Positions 13,504 through 26,370 of a DNA stretch of 64,000 nucleotides are shown here, piece after piece. The stretch is from positions 32,879,967-32,943,966 of the forward strand of contig CM120640.1 in the NCBI GenBank assembly GCA_051362555.1, given 5' to 3'. Origin of the DNA: Lingula anatina (taxonomy: Eukaryota > Animalia > Brachiopoda). Under the pieces are notes generated by a model. The model was not told where the DNA came from. It made no database searches and saw only the letters and a program-made list of their open reading frames with translations. The position numbers were made by a program, and so were the translations under genes. Every line of letters begins with the position of its first letter. Position 1 is the first letter of the stretch.

Positions 13504-16500
13504 ATTTGAAGTGTTTGTGGTATTTGGTTGCCACACTGTTTAAAAGGTGATAACATTTGGCTCAACCAGATATGGCACAAAAGCTAGAAAGTCTATAAGA
13601 ATTTTTATTGGTTTTCAAGAGCTCCCTCTTGGGTGGTGTGTTGTTAAGTACCTTGCCTCAGTCAATGGAGGAAAAACAAGACACCTTCTGTATATATATA
13701 TACATACATGTACTAGTAGGAAGCATGTGTCAGTTGAACCATAATATATCTTATGCGGTCTGAGTAGAGATCAACCCTTCTGATTATTTGTATCACAGAG
13801 GGTTCAACAACAGCGAAACGCCTTTTAATTTTTGATAAAAAAACTAGCTGGACCGTGATAATGCTTTAGGTGCTCTGCTTGCATCAATGAGATGGTTCTT
13901 GGTGCTTATCTAGGGTCTTAGCTTACTGGTAGTCATTTATCTAAAAACAAAAAGGGCTGACGGGCAGGTACAAGGAACCCCATGTTTAATGTGAGGAGAG
14001 TACTTGAGCAAGGGATTACAAAAGACAACATTTCGGCACCAACTTGTTCAGAATCTGATAACCCGACTTACTCTGTACAAGGTAAGAAAAATGCCTGGTA
14101 AAAGTTTTAAATCTATTCCAGTGATAGATATTATATATCGTTTCCTGGTTAAGTTTTGCTAGCAATTCATCAGGTCTGTTGTCCTACAGAGACAGTTTAA
14201 AAAATGCATTTGACATGGGGTACTTTTTGTCTTATCTGTTTATTAAGACTGAGCTTTTTTCATTCTAATGTTTTACACTAATTCAGGGTCATAGGTTTTG
14301 CAGAATTACTGTAAATGAATTGCACAGGCTTATTTATTATACACAGATTTCAGTTACACCCTAGTTAAATAAACTGATAAAAGGTGGGAATGATAACTAC
14401 ATGATGTGGTAAACCCTAATTGCATGTAGAAAAAGCTTGATGGCAGTTTGGCTAACATTTACTGAAGGAAATGTCCAGTAACAATTTCCTCTCATTGGTT
14501 ACTATTGCAGTGGTTGTCATTGCACTAGCTGTTGCTAATTTACTAAGAATTTGTAAAAAGCTAATGCAATTAATGGGGATGTTTTTTAATTAAGAACACA
14601 ATTGTTTAACATGTAATGTAAAAATATTTATTGTTTCTATCAAAATAAACAGGTAGTATTTACTGCACCCCTGTGGCACAATATTATGTATGGTAATTAA
14701 CTCAAGCAGTAATGTATATTTCAGTAAATGTCATGTAATGTACTAGATAAATGACATCAAGCTTTCATGGAATTAGAAAAAAAATCGTGTACAGAATTTA
14801 TCTAAAATGGTTTTACATGTCATTTGTATCTCAGATAAAAAAAAAGATATTAAGTATGGTTATCAAGTCAAACAACTGCTTTCAATAAAAGGAATTGTCA
14901 GTTTCCTGTGTATATATTACATCAGTACATTGCACACATCATGTAAATATCAGTAGATAAATATCATACATATTCCATTGAATTCAACGGAGAACATAAT
15001 TCATCTGAAATGTTTTTACCTAATGTTATCTGTCTGCTTTGATTTCCTTGCGTATGGATGCACACACAGTTTCTTTGAAGTCTATCATCAAGCAAGTGTG
15101 TGTTGTCATTGTTTGGGTTACAGTACAATCTGTGCCCTTGGTTGCTTGGATCTATCCAACAAAACCAACATGCCTTTGGGCTGTTGTGTGCGCATTGTAG
15201 ATCAGCTAGGAAACAAACATTCACTGAAATCATCTAGATCTATACCGGCTGTTATTCCAAATTTGGGGATGGTCCAATGATGTAACACATACAAATACCA
15301 GTAGTTGTAAGGCTTGAGGGAGGTAAAGGGTGCTGTAGGGTAAAAGATGAGGAGGGATGATCCTGATGATCAGGGTTAAATGTGTTGAATTTGGGTTATT
15401 AGGCTTGTGTGTTGGCACACATATTAATGAGATGAAAAAAGAAACTAACAGTCGAAGAAGTGCAGAATCTGCATAAAGGCACAGAATAGAGTTAAAAAAT
15501 TTTAAAACATATCAAGCACTGGCAAAGACCAGCATATGCAAAATACATGATCAACATCAGAATCACCAGTTTATCTAGCTATATATACACACACACAGCA
15601 TAACAAAGTGAGTGATATAAAACCCTCAATGATAAAATCAATTATTTGGGGGCTTGGTATCTATCTGGGGCCTGTCGTTATCATGTAACATTACGGCTTT
15701 GGACCATAATGTTATCAATCATTGAGAACATCCCAAAGGGTACAGATCACTAAGTAAATCAAGGTTTGTGGGGCAATTCTATTCTCAGTAGCTGCGCTTA
15801 AGGATGATTGAAAAGAATGTGTGGGTGGTAATTGTTTTCACTTAATTATGTACTGACTTAGGAAGCTCAGTAAAATTTAGCAATTTCATCCAAGTTTTAG
15901 AGTCTGGGTGGCAAATCAGAAGATGGAATAGATTTCTTGTGATATTTTTAATGCTTAAACATTAGTCAGTGTTCAAGTCAAGTTTACCTTATGTTAGTTA
16001 TTCATTCTAAACACCTGAAACACTATCAAGTCACTTTTACAATTTATTATTTTATGAATTTCCTTTAGTATCAATAAAATTAATTTTCTGTTTCTAGCCA
16101 TTATTGTACATAGTGTTCACAATTTCGTACAGACAATTTTTTTTAATTAAATATTTTTTCAATTCACAATTTTTAAACATATTAAGCATTGTGTTAAAAC
16201 ATTTTATTCAACTTCGTAAATTTTCTTAGGCACTGTGTCATGCCGAAATTAGGCACTGTCTCATTGTGAGGGAAGGGGGGGGGCAAATCTGCATTTAAAT
16301 TACTTTTTCACAGACCCAGGTTGAGGTTTCTACATTTTCAAGCAGGTGGTGCAGTGTTGAGAGTGAAGACATTTTGCAGAAATGTGTCAGTTCAGACAGA
16401 GGAATGCATGGAATGGAAATGCTTATGTTCAGATAATTTCTTTGATTGATTTTCACATATGGCTTGTAGTTTTTGGAATTGAAAGCTTTATGCATGATTG

Positions 16501-17059
16501 AATAGTAAACTGATCATCAGAGGCTGTTCAAGCTGGGTCTGGCTTGACTTCTCTAACCCACCACAATTTCTCATACCAGTCTGATGAGCACAACCCATGC
16601 AGTCTGCTGGGATCCATTGAGGATAACAATCTCTTAATTTGTGTAATTGACCAGCAGCACTCAGTGGCTGGGGTAAGCTGAATTTAAGTGGAGGTGATTC
16701 TGCATGCCCCACCTGATCAAACTAGCTTCACTTTTTGACAGGTCAATGTGCTAGCAAATAGAGTCATCAGTACCTTTTTCCTTCAGGCAGTTGACAAGAG
16801 GCCGGTGCTACTGAGAAATGGAAGTCTAAACCTGGATGGAATTAACCTGACAGCACCAATAAATAATCACTGGAATAAGAGAATCTAGGAAGTAGAGTAC
16901 AACTGGAGTGGCTCTGAAGTACACAGTGTGGATATATTTAGTTCTTTGGGAAAACTGAAGCCAGAGTTCACCTTGAGGAGTGTAAGTGCATGCCACTAGG
17001 TATTTGCTACCTCAGTGGTCATTTCTCAGTCCACTGCTCCTATAAAACTACTTGCCACC

Positions 17060-20000
17060 ATGAGGTGGCCAGATGCTTTGTTTCTTCTGCATATCTTCAT
17101 AACTTGTCTCAGTATGGTGGGAAGTGCACCCACGCCAGACTCTACCCAGAGGTCCTCCCAACACAGGCGTCATCGGAAGCACAAGGCTCAGTCTGAGAGA
17201 CAGTTACGGATGTTACACCGTTTGATCAATCACATTATGCCAAATGCAAAGAACCTTTTAACTTTAGCTAAAATCAGAAAGACAGAACTTGGAGAAGGGG
17301 AATCTTTTGGAAGATACGCCGAACCTGAGGACAATCAGCAATATGATATTCCTAAAATAGGTGAGTTTCATTTAAAGAAGAATTTTAGTACATTTACATT
17401 AAACCTTTATTGAAAGTAACACAGAATTTTTTTTTAGTCTTTGTTGGTATTTAAACAAAGATTTTTCAAAAACATGGCAGCATACATACTTTGAATATTT
17501 GTCTTCATTTGTTGAGTTCCACCCACAACAAACCTTTGGCACTTAAAAAGCAGGATCAGAGTTTAAGTAAACCATTGAAGCATGACATGTATTCCCAATT
17601 TAATCATCTACTAAAATAAAACATGGTATGATGTGATGATTTTATGGGCGATGGTGATGGTTCTTTCTTTAAGTTGAAGTTTATCAAATTATCTGATGTA
17701 ATAGAAGTGTACTTAAGACCTGACTGTCTGTTCATGCTACATGAAGTCCAGGATCTAGTTTCATCTAATGAACAACAGGAAATGTGTAACAACCTTACCA
17801 GTATACAGATCATGGCAAAAAAGTGATGATACAGATAGACAGATTATAAACTACGCGACTACTGCTATGACAACTGAGAATTACAAAAGAAAATTGATCA
17901 TTAATTTCGCAAGAGATGAAAGTTGCGAAGTTACAAATTACAAAATCAAAAAATTCATTAATTTTATGAAGATAAGTCATGACCTACAAATTGTTTCGTA
18001 ATTATTCATGAAATGATGAATACTTGAGTTAATTTCTTTGTGAGCAGCTTTTTAAAAAATATGCTATCAAATTCATAAATACACGTACAGGCTTGTCAAG
18101 GTTAAACATTTGAAATGACTTGAAAAACGGGTAAATGACAAAGGTTTTTATACATTTAGAAATGATTCAAGAAAACAGGTAAATAATACAGGTATGATAA
18201 AAAAATAGACATTAAAAAAAGAGGAAAAATGGTGAATCATACATGTATAAAAATATAGGGAAAGGTTAACACAGTCTGCTATTTTAATCCTCTTGATGAA
18301 ACAGCACCTAAAAGTCAGTAGACTAAAGATAAGAATGAACTGATCTGTAGAAAACAATGTCGTTACATTGTCACGAAGGACTGATATAACCAACAATGAC
18401 TGACGTTTTTATCACATATCTTAGTCATGACTTACTTCACACAACAGTAGAGATCTGATTGTAAAGAAAAAAGATATCAGCTAGCCCATGTTGTAATTAT
18501 GATTATGTGACTATAAATTCTTTTATCACTATATGCATCTTATCTCCTCTTGCACCTGCATTGCACCTCTACCAATAAGGGGAATCCACCGAAAAATTCT
18601 TTATTACAATACCAGTTCTGGTTGAGATGAAAATACCACCTTACACTTCCCCATCCTCTAATTATAATAGAACTCGGTACTGATAAAGAGGACTTCCCAG
18701 GTTCTTCATAAAAAAGTCCCAATCTACAAGGTCTCTGCACAGTAGATCTGACTTCACAAATGGATCAGTTTGTACAGAAATTTGATTTTTCGTGTGACCA
18801 GGCAAAGAAATTGTTTTTGAAAATTAAAACTCTCAATTTTGCAGGGGGATTCCTTAATAATCTGACCGTCTCATGACATCAATTAGTCAATCTACAATCT
18901 AAGTTAGCTCTATTGTGAACATGCTTAGAACCCGGACCTCTGTGCCTTATCACATGGGTGATATATAAACCCACAAGCCAACGCATTTGCAATCATCTCT
19001 AGGGTAGATCTAGGAAGAAGATAGTCCATGCTACATTGATGTATCTCTTTCCTGTTTGATTATCAATGATGACAACATCTTTTAATTATTTTGTGCATGC
19101 AAAGGTCTAGAATTAACAGGTTATATAGTAGAGCAATGTTGCTATTTAAATATCAAGTTACAAGGTAAGAATAAACCTCACACTCGATCTTAAGCCAAAA
19201 TACAATATATTCTCAGGGAAGAAATATAACTTAAAATTTTAAACATGTTTATTCCTTTTTTCTTACAGTTTATGTCACCTACTTTAAAAGTGATAAATAT
19301 AATGAACTATACTTCCATTTCTAAACTGTGTCTACAGAATCAACTAGCTTGAACCTATCCACTATAAAGAATGAAATGTTTGAATAATAAACCTGTGCAT
19401 CATACGTGTTAGAGTCAGTCTACTGACCTTCAGAATCACTTAAATATTGTACCTGAGGTCAACAACCCAGAAAAATTGGCAGTATGTTTGTTTGAATGAT
19501 GGTGTTTCAAAAGTGACGGTGTCCCAAAAGTGACATAGTAGTAATGAGGAAATTGCATGATATGGTAGTTAAATTGTTGTTTAAAAGCATGTGTTTTTTT
19601 CTACAGGTCTTTTTTTTTTCAAAGCCATGCCACCAAAAATGATGCATGCCAAAAATCAGAGAAATTTTTGGGTTGTAAGCCAAAAAAATTTACTGGTTTT
19701 TTAGGAGGGGTGCATTTTCTTTTATTGGATCCACCACAGTAAATACCTACAAATTTGTATTAAGCTGGTAAAAATATTGTTCTCCAGTTTAAAAACTCTC
19801 TGTCAACCCACTGTTTTGCACTCAAACAATAGTACCTTGCAATTAAAATGCACAAAATTGTTAAGACGCTTTGTAAAGATATGCATTTTCTTCCATGGGG
19901 CAAATTTGAGATCACTGCACAGCCAATTAAAGAAATGAGACATTATAATAAGGGGCCCACAGTGCTAATTAGAGAAGAGAATGACAATCTTGCTATCCAT

Positions 20001-21723
20001 ATCTGATAGCAAGTACATTCTTTTGTGGGAACAAAGGGTTAGAGAGACGTGATATGGTATAAGGATATTTGAAATATAGTGTTTCCTAGAAGACAAAGGA
20101 AATTAAATCATTTCCATTAGGGTTAGGGAAAATATATAGGTTAATGTCACAAGAGTCTTGCAATCAAAACTGTTCAAACATCAGTGAGAAAAAGGCAAAG
20201 TAGAATAACCATGAGGCTGATTTGTCAGAAATCCTAAATCATGAATCACATCTCACTTTGCAAATGAAGTGATGAATAATAGAACTCCTCTCATGAACAG
20301 TTGGTTAAAAGTAAGTGTTATACTTGTCCATAAGTTATCTGCACTAAAATGACACACACTTGTGGCTTCTGCGCCTTTTGTCCTTCTGTGATTCACATTC
20401 CTCACAGACTACCAGCAACCTAGACTTAGATTTCTTGGCAATATGCAGGGTGACCCAGGGTTCAGCTCACTTCCCTTTGTTTCAAAAAAAGGGCTTCAGT
20501 AGCATTAGCCCTGAAAGACCCCACTGTCCTTGTGTAGTGATTGACACAGCCCTGTGACTTGGTGCAAACATATTTTAATTGCTTGTACTTTTATAAAGAA
20601 GGAGGAATACTAGAGTCTGGTATTTAGACAACATAGGATTGCGTAGGATTTAACCTCAGTGCATTTTTACCCTTTATACATAGATACAGAACTATAATGA
20701 GTGATCATTCCATTTCAGTGTAGGTGGTAGCTAGCACTCAGAAACAGAAACATTTTAAAAAGATTGTTAAGAATTATTCTGAAAGATCTCATTGCTCTTT
20801 TTCTACATTAGAAATCAATGACATTTCACTTCTCCTGCTGTGCTCAAAATGTACTTTTTACTTCCATTTATCAATGTAAAAATATTTTCAATTTTTTTTT
20901 TAAATCAGTCATAGAGATACATGCCTATGTCATACTTCACCATCATTTTCTCACCATCATTTTTAAAATAAACACATTAATATCTTTACTGCATTGTTTT
21001 ACCTCAGCACTGTAAAGCATTTATATTTATCTTTCTTTTTACCCGCGACAATCATCTCAGACATTCAGAGAAAGTTACTAAAATAACTTTCCTTGGTACT
21101 CCACAATCCTACACCAAAAATAAATGTCAGCATGGCTACTGTGAAAAGCAATAAATATTATACAACACTCAAACAAATACAATTTATTTCCAGCATGTCC
21201 CGCAGCAGAAGATGGTGTTGAATTGCTTGCCTGTCCAACTCCTGACGCTAATGGGAGATTTAAATGTATAGATGACCATGCCCTGTGTGATAATAAAAAC
21301 CACTGCCCAAATGGGGAAGATGAAGATAGAACAATATGCATGTTTCATAAAATGGTGAGTAAGGGGTGATTATACTTTGTAATGTGAGAATTACTGTGGA
21401 GATATTAAAACCAAGGGTTTACGATACAAAAACACTATAGCATTTCCTGCAAAAAATTGGATTTTTTTCTAACACAAAAAGATGGAATGAAAATGGCATT
21501 ATTTTTGCAATATTTTTGTGATATTTATTACTTCTCTTACATGAGCAAGATAAAAATTTGTTTTGAATTTCAGGTTTAATATATACGGTAATTTTCCTAA
21601 TGTTTATTCTATTTATTTCAGACAATGAATTATATCAACAAACTAACAGATACTTTAATAGAAGTGAATTCAAAACTAAGGACACGAAAACGGAAAAAGG
21701 ATGACGATTCCACAAACTCATAG
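17060..21723 (+). CDS. jeb: Jelly belly (Jeb)/HEN-1-like secreted LDLa-domain protein, putative ALK ligand, 187 aa, 3 coding exons
   Basis: Exons 17060-17360, 21194-21354, 21622-21723; all GT-AG with matching phases; gccaccATG Kozak. Signal peptide MRWPDALFLLHIFITCLSMVGSA. C-terminal block YDIPKIACPAAEDGVELLACPTPDANGRFKCIDDHALCDNKNHCPNGEDEDRTICMFHKMTMNYINKLTDTL follows the insect Jeb pattern as I recall it (YDVPQIECP..DG..RFACP.PD..GRYRCIDDH.LCDG...CP.GEDED...CMFYK). AATAAA at 22858. Confidence 0.85.
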
Positions 21724-24700
21724 CATTCTTCACCACAGTGCAGGGCATAGTGGGTGTATTTATTATTTATTAAGGGTTGAAAGTCCATCCTTGACTTTCT
21801 CAGTTCAACCAAATCAGCAGCATGTCCCTATTGCTTAGGATTCTCCATTAACACAACTTGACTCACTTGAGAAGGATGATTGACTTGGGTCTCGCTGCAG
21901 CCATTAATGGAAATGGGTATTCAGCTGAGAAAGATGAGGTACTTAAGAATGATCTTTTTACACATACAAGTGGCCATGGACAGGTGTAAATCTCTTGCAT
22001 CCGGGAAGCAAATTGTCTTTCCTGCTTTCAATTTCCCACAGTAAAAATCACTGATTGAAAGGCATCATATGGACATTTTTCAATCATTGCCCAGGTCAAT
22101 AACCAGGGACTATCTACAGCATTGTCATGAAGGCCATAATAAGAGTGGAGAACAATGTGAAAGTGAAACATCAACACTGATGTTAAGAAAACTACTGCTA
22201 AGATCTAGGTATCTGTTTGGGAGTAGAGCTGGAAGTAAGAGCTCCATTCATGCATTTGTTAAATGTGATAAAAGTTGTGCAATCTTGAAGATGTGACTTC
22301 ATGAGAAATTGTTAACTTTCAAGTCACATGCTATATGAAGCATGAGGTGTGTGTGTTCCACCCTATGACATCAGAAGTTTTTACTTTGCTGCACATGGCT
22401 GGTTGCTGATTTTGATCTTCAAAGCATAGATCATGTTCCACTAGGAAAAAATGAAAACAATTCTTAACGTCAACAGGTTTCTTAAAGAAACAAGTGACAC
22501 CATTGGACCCGCCTTATCAACTTCATCTGCCAATACAGGAGAAGACAGCATTTCATTTTTTCCCTTGTATTTACAAATTAAAAGTAGATATCATTGTGGA
22601 TTCACTTTTTAATTCTCAATCAGAGGTCATAAGATATGTAACATCTGCCAAATGTCTCCTAATAACTCTGTATTAAGTATTTTTGAAGTAACGGTATATA
22701 CAGTGTATTATATAAAGTTATTCATGTACACAAAAAGAGACAAGCAACTGTGGTTTGATTCCATTGATCAAACCCTCACCCAAAATTTCATTCGCTCATC
22801 AATAATGTTGTAATATCTGTATATTGTTGTATGTAAAATGTTGAATTATTTTTGTTAAATAAAAGACTGGTGTATTGATATTCCTTCTTCATTAGATTTT
22901 TTTCATTAGTTTATTTTAGTAAGCAACATCTTTGAAATAAATATTAAAAATATACGGACACCAAACAGCAAAAACATAGCAACAATATTTACTAAATAAT
23001 AAATAAATAACAATCAATAAGTTTTGGAAAAATCGTCTGACCCTGCTGATTTTCAAAGGAACCTGTGTTATAAACATTTAAAGTCACTCAGCAAATTTGA
23101 AGCAAATCACAAATATAGTGACTGTATATATACATTTCTATATTTAATCTGAACTGGGGTCTAAAATAATATATATTTGTCACATTTTATAATATTTATA
23201 AAGTTTTCTTTACCTTTGATTGTTTACCTCATATTAAATGCAGTTATGAAAGGTTGCGTGTAACTTAAAAATCTTTCTGGCAACATACGGGTGCAAAAGT
23301 GGCCTTGGGCCCTCAAGTTGCATGACACCACTAAGTCTTTCAACTTGGGTCACAAGTTAGATAGCCCTTAATGCAAATATCACGTTAGTTACTACTATGC
23401 TAAATGCATTTAAGGCAACCCAAAAGCTTTTTGCCCCTCCCTACTGATCTTTGTATTTCATGGGGACCTTTAAAATAATTAATATTCCAAGCCTTAAAAA
23501 AAAAAGTCATCTATTTTATTTAAGTTAAAAAGTAAACACTCATTGCATATTTAATAATGCAAGCAATTTGAAACTAAAAATGAGGTCTTTTGTATGCACA
23601 ACTTACATTATTTTGTATTTCTTCCTTTTATTGAATTCCAAGAATTTTATTCCTACTTGGATACTAAAACATTTAGTGATATTGATTATTTTTCTGGCCT
23701 AGCATTCTTAATTCTTGATCAACTTGAAGGAATCTGTGTTTATCGAAACATTTTTTCTTTTGCTAAGACTCATTGTGCTACAAGAATAGCAACGAACATG
23801 CTGTTTTTAGACTTAAATGGAGTAACCCATAATACATGTACTACAGTGTAATGCATTTTTTATAAACATATTTCACTTGGAATGTAGTTTACGCATTTCA
23901 GGCACACGAAAAAATTAAAGCACAGCTTTTAAGAACTGTTCAAAGGTAACTTAATGGAAATCCACAATATAAATACTTCATTTTCAGAATATTCACATTC
24001 ATACTTTTAACACTCAAATTATGAAGATACTACAAATGATTAGTTATGTAATCAAAAATAAAAACATCCCACATAGTGAGCAAACACAAACTACGTAGAG
24101 AATTAACGTCAGGGGAGCTCAACCTGAAGTGAATTTAAAGGACGTATATCCTGCTTGTCCTTTCACCTCAGTTCCTTGCCCTCCTCTTTCATGTCTAAGG
24201 GAGTTCCTGAGTGGGTTTGCTACGTGTCAGTAATTGGCAAAATATAGCAACTATTTTTACACCAACTGGTCCACTCTTTAACCTACAATACATTTACATG
24301 AATTTAATGTTTTTCTTTTTTTCCCTCTCCTCATCACATCAAATTTCTTGTAGTGTTTATGGACTGTTTGACTTAGTAGCAACCTGTGCGTGAATAAAAC
24401 CAGCCGCACTGACCCTTTTACATGAAAATGGAAAGTATAAATTCTGAAAATAAATTATGAATTCTAACTGTGCACTAGGCCCGTCAGTCTTGCCGACACA
24501 GTGCAGTAAAAAAGCCTTCAGCAAAAGGGGAAAACATTTACTGAGCCCCCAAAGACAACAGGAAAACAAGTTAGAACTATAAGAGCAGTTCTTAATTCTC
24601 TTCTCGACATCTGGTTTCCGGCAAAACATCAATAAGGTCATGATTTGAGACTACTCTAGCCCACTACCACATTAGTTTTTGCCATATAATGCAGAACTTT

Positions 24701-25227
24701 GGCAATACAGCAAAATACAGAAGTAACAAAAACAAGTGCAGTGCAAAAACTCCAATAACAAACTGGCTAAAAATTCTCTGACATAACAAGGACACCAGGA
24801 TTACAGTGACAAAACACAATCCATTTTATTTTGATAGATATCTGCACACTGACGATTATAAAATAACTAGCGTAAAACTAATTAGAAAGATAAAGCCAGG
24901 ACCAAGACAAATGAAGATACTATGGGTTAAATTTCAAATGCAGTTATATTAACCTGGATTTAAGAAAAACTTATCTAAAACCCAGGCATTAACAATTCTG
25001 TAAGAATGTACAAAGTTTAGAGTCTCAAATCTACTGGGGCAAACATGTTTCTTTTACACAAATTACTCAAAAGAATATGTTTGTATCATAAGCATACATC
25101 ACTTTCATAAAAGCAATGTGATTAATTATATCTATTTCTCCATGTTAAAACACAAGATCAAAGTGAATGAAATAGAACAGTTTCAAACTGAAGGGAATTC
25201 ACTTATTCTTGTGTCACCTTGTACTAA

Positions 25228-25414
25228 GGGGTCATCCTTTTTTTTTTTTTTTTTTTGCATCATCTACTTTCTTCACCCCAAGAGGTATGCTGGCAAAGGT
25301 CATCATTTTTAGTTTTTCACCTTGTACTTACTGCAGAGGGGGGTGGGGGGTGGGGGGTGGGAAAGGTCTACTCTTGGTAGACTTGTGAAAATGCTGATGA
25401 AAATGGATGATCCC
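25228..25414. mobile_element. PIF/Harbinger (Tourist-like) MITE downstream of the eIF1A stop, probably in its 3' UTR
   Basis: TIRs ggggtcatcc / ggatgatccc flanked on both sides by TAA (25225-25227 and 25415-25417); internal poly-T and G-run tracts. Confidence 0.7.
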
Positions 25415-26370
25415 TAAAGCTACAAGTAATGGAATATGGAGCAGGAGCAACAAAAACTGACTGAATAGCAATTATTTTTCAAGAGACAGTTTGTTCATTT
25501 ACAAAAGAAACAGCTACAGGAAACAACTTTATTTATAAAAAGTTTTATTTCTCTTAATTTCAAAAGCCAAAAATCACATAACCTGTGGACAAATTTCATT
25601 CTTGCTTCACGGCAACTTGAAAAATATGGTCATTCACAATTTATACTAACCATATTGTATATATCTTAAAACATTGTGAAACATGAAAATCAAAAGTGAC
25701 CATTTACATCTTATTTGTTTATTCTGGTTTTTACTTTATCTTTTATTTTTTGTTTTATATCTTTTTATTTGAAATTATTTGAAACATGACACTGACTATC
25801 TAAAAAAAAGCAATGTTTCACATTTCATTAGCATGAAAATAGATACAGCAATACAAATGATAGGCATAAATATTCTATTTCTAACTTTCACTCTGCTTTT
25901 AAGATAATCCCTGCAGTGTTTCTATTCCTTTCCAAGTCATCCTGCGGCTAAAGCTTGTCAGAGACTTGAACATGATACAAACTAGACAAGACGGCCGAGT
26001 GAAAGCTAGAAATATCCAAACACTCCATGTGAATCCTGATAACAAGTCTGGATCCATTGGTTGTGGAGGCCAAGTGCTGCAGCACCCACCAAGGACTTGA
26101 GGAAGTTTAAAAATAAAAATGCATTACGCAAACAAACGGCACTTTCTTCTTTTAAAAGTCGAGGTGATAAATATCAGATTAATGTACGATGTTTTTGCTA
26201 ATAATAGTTTTCTTCAATAGTTAATGATATTAACTTCCCTTTTTCCATAGGCCTTCCTTTCATAATGCAAGAGATTATTTGGAGCTTGTATGTCTTCCTA
26301 GAAATTGTCCAAATGAATGGAAGACTATTGCTGTCTATATCAATATGCTGTTTTATTTTTCTATGTATTT

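Noticed and set aside
25338-25361. G-run tract as a functional G-quadruplex
   Set aside because: It is internal to a Harbinger-type MITE and is C-rich on the eIF1A mRNA strand.
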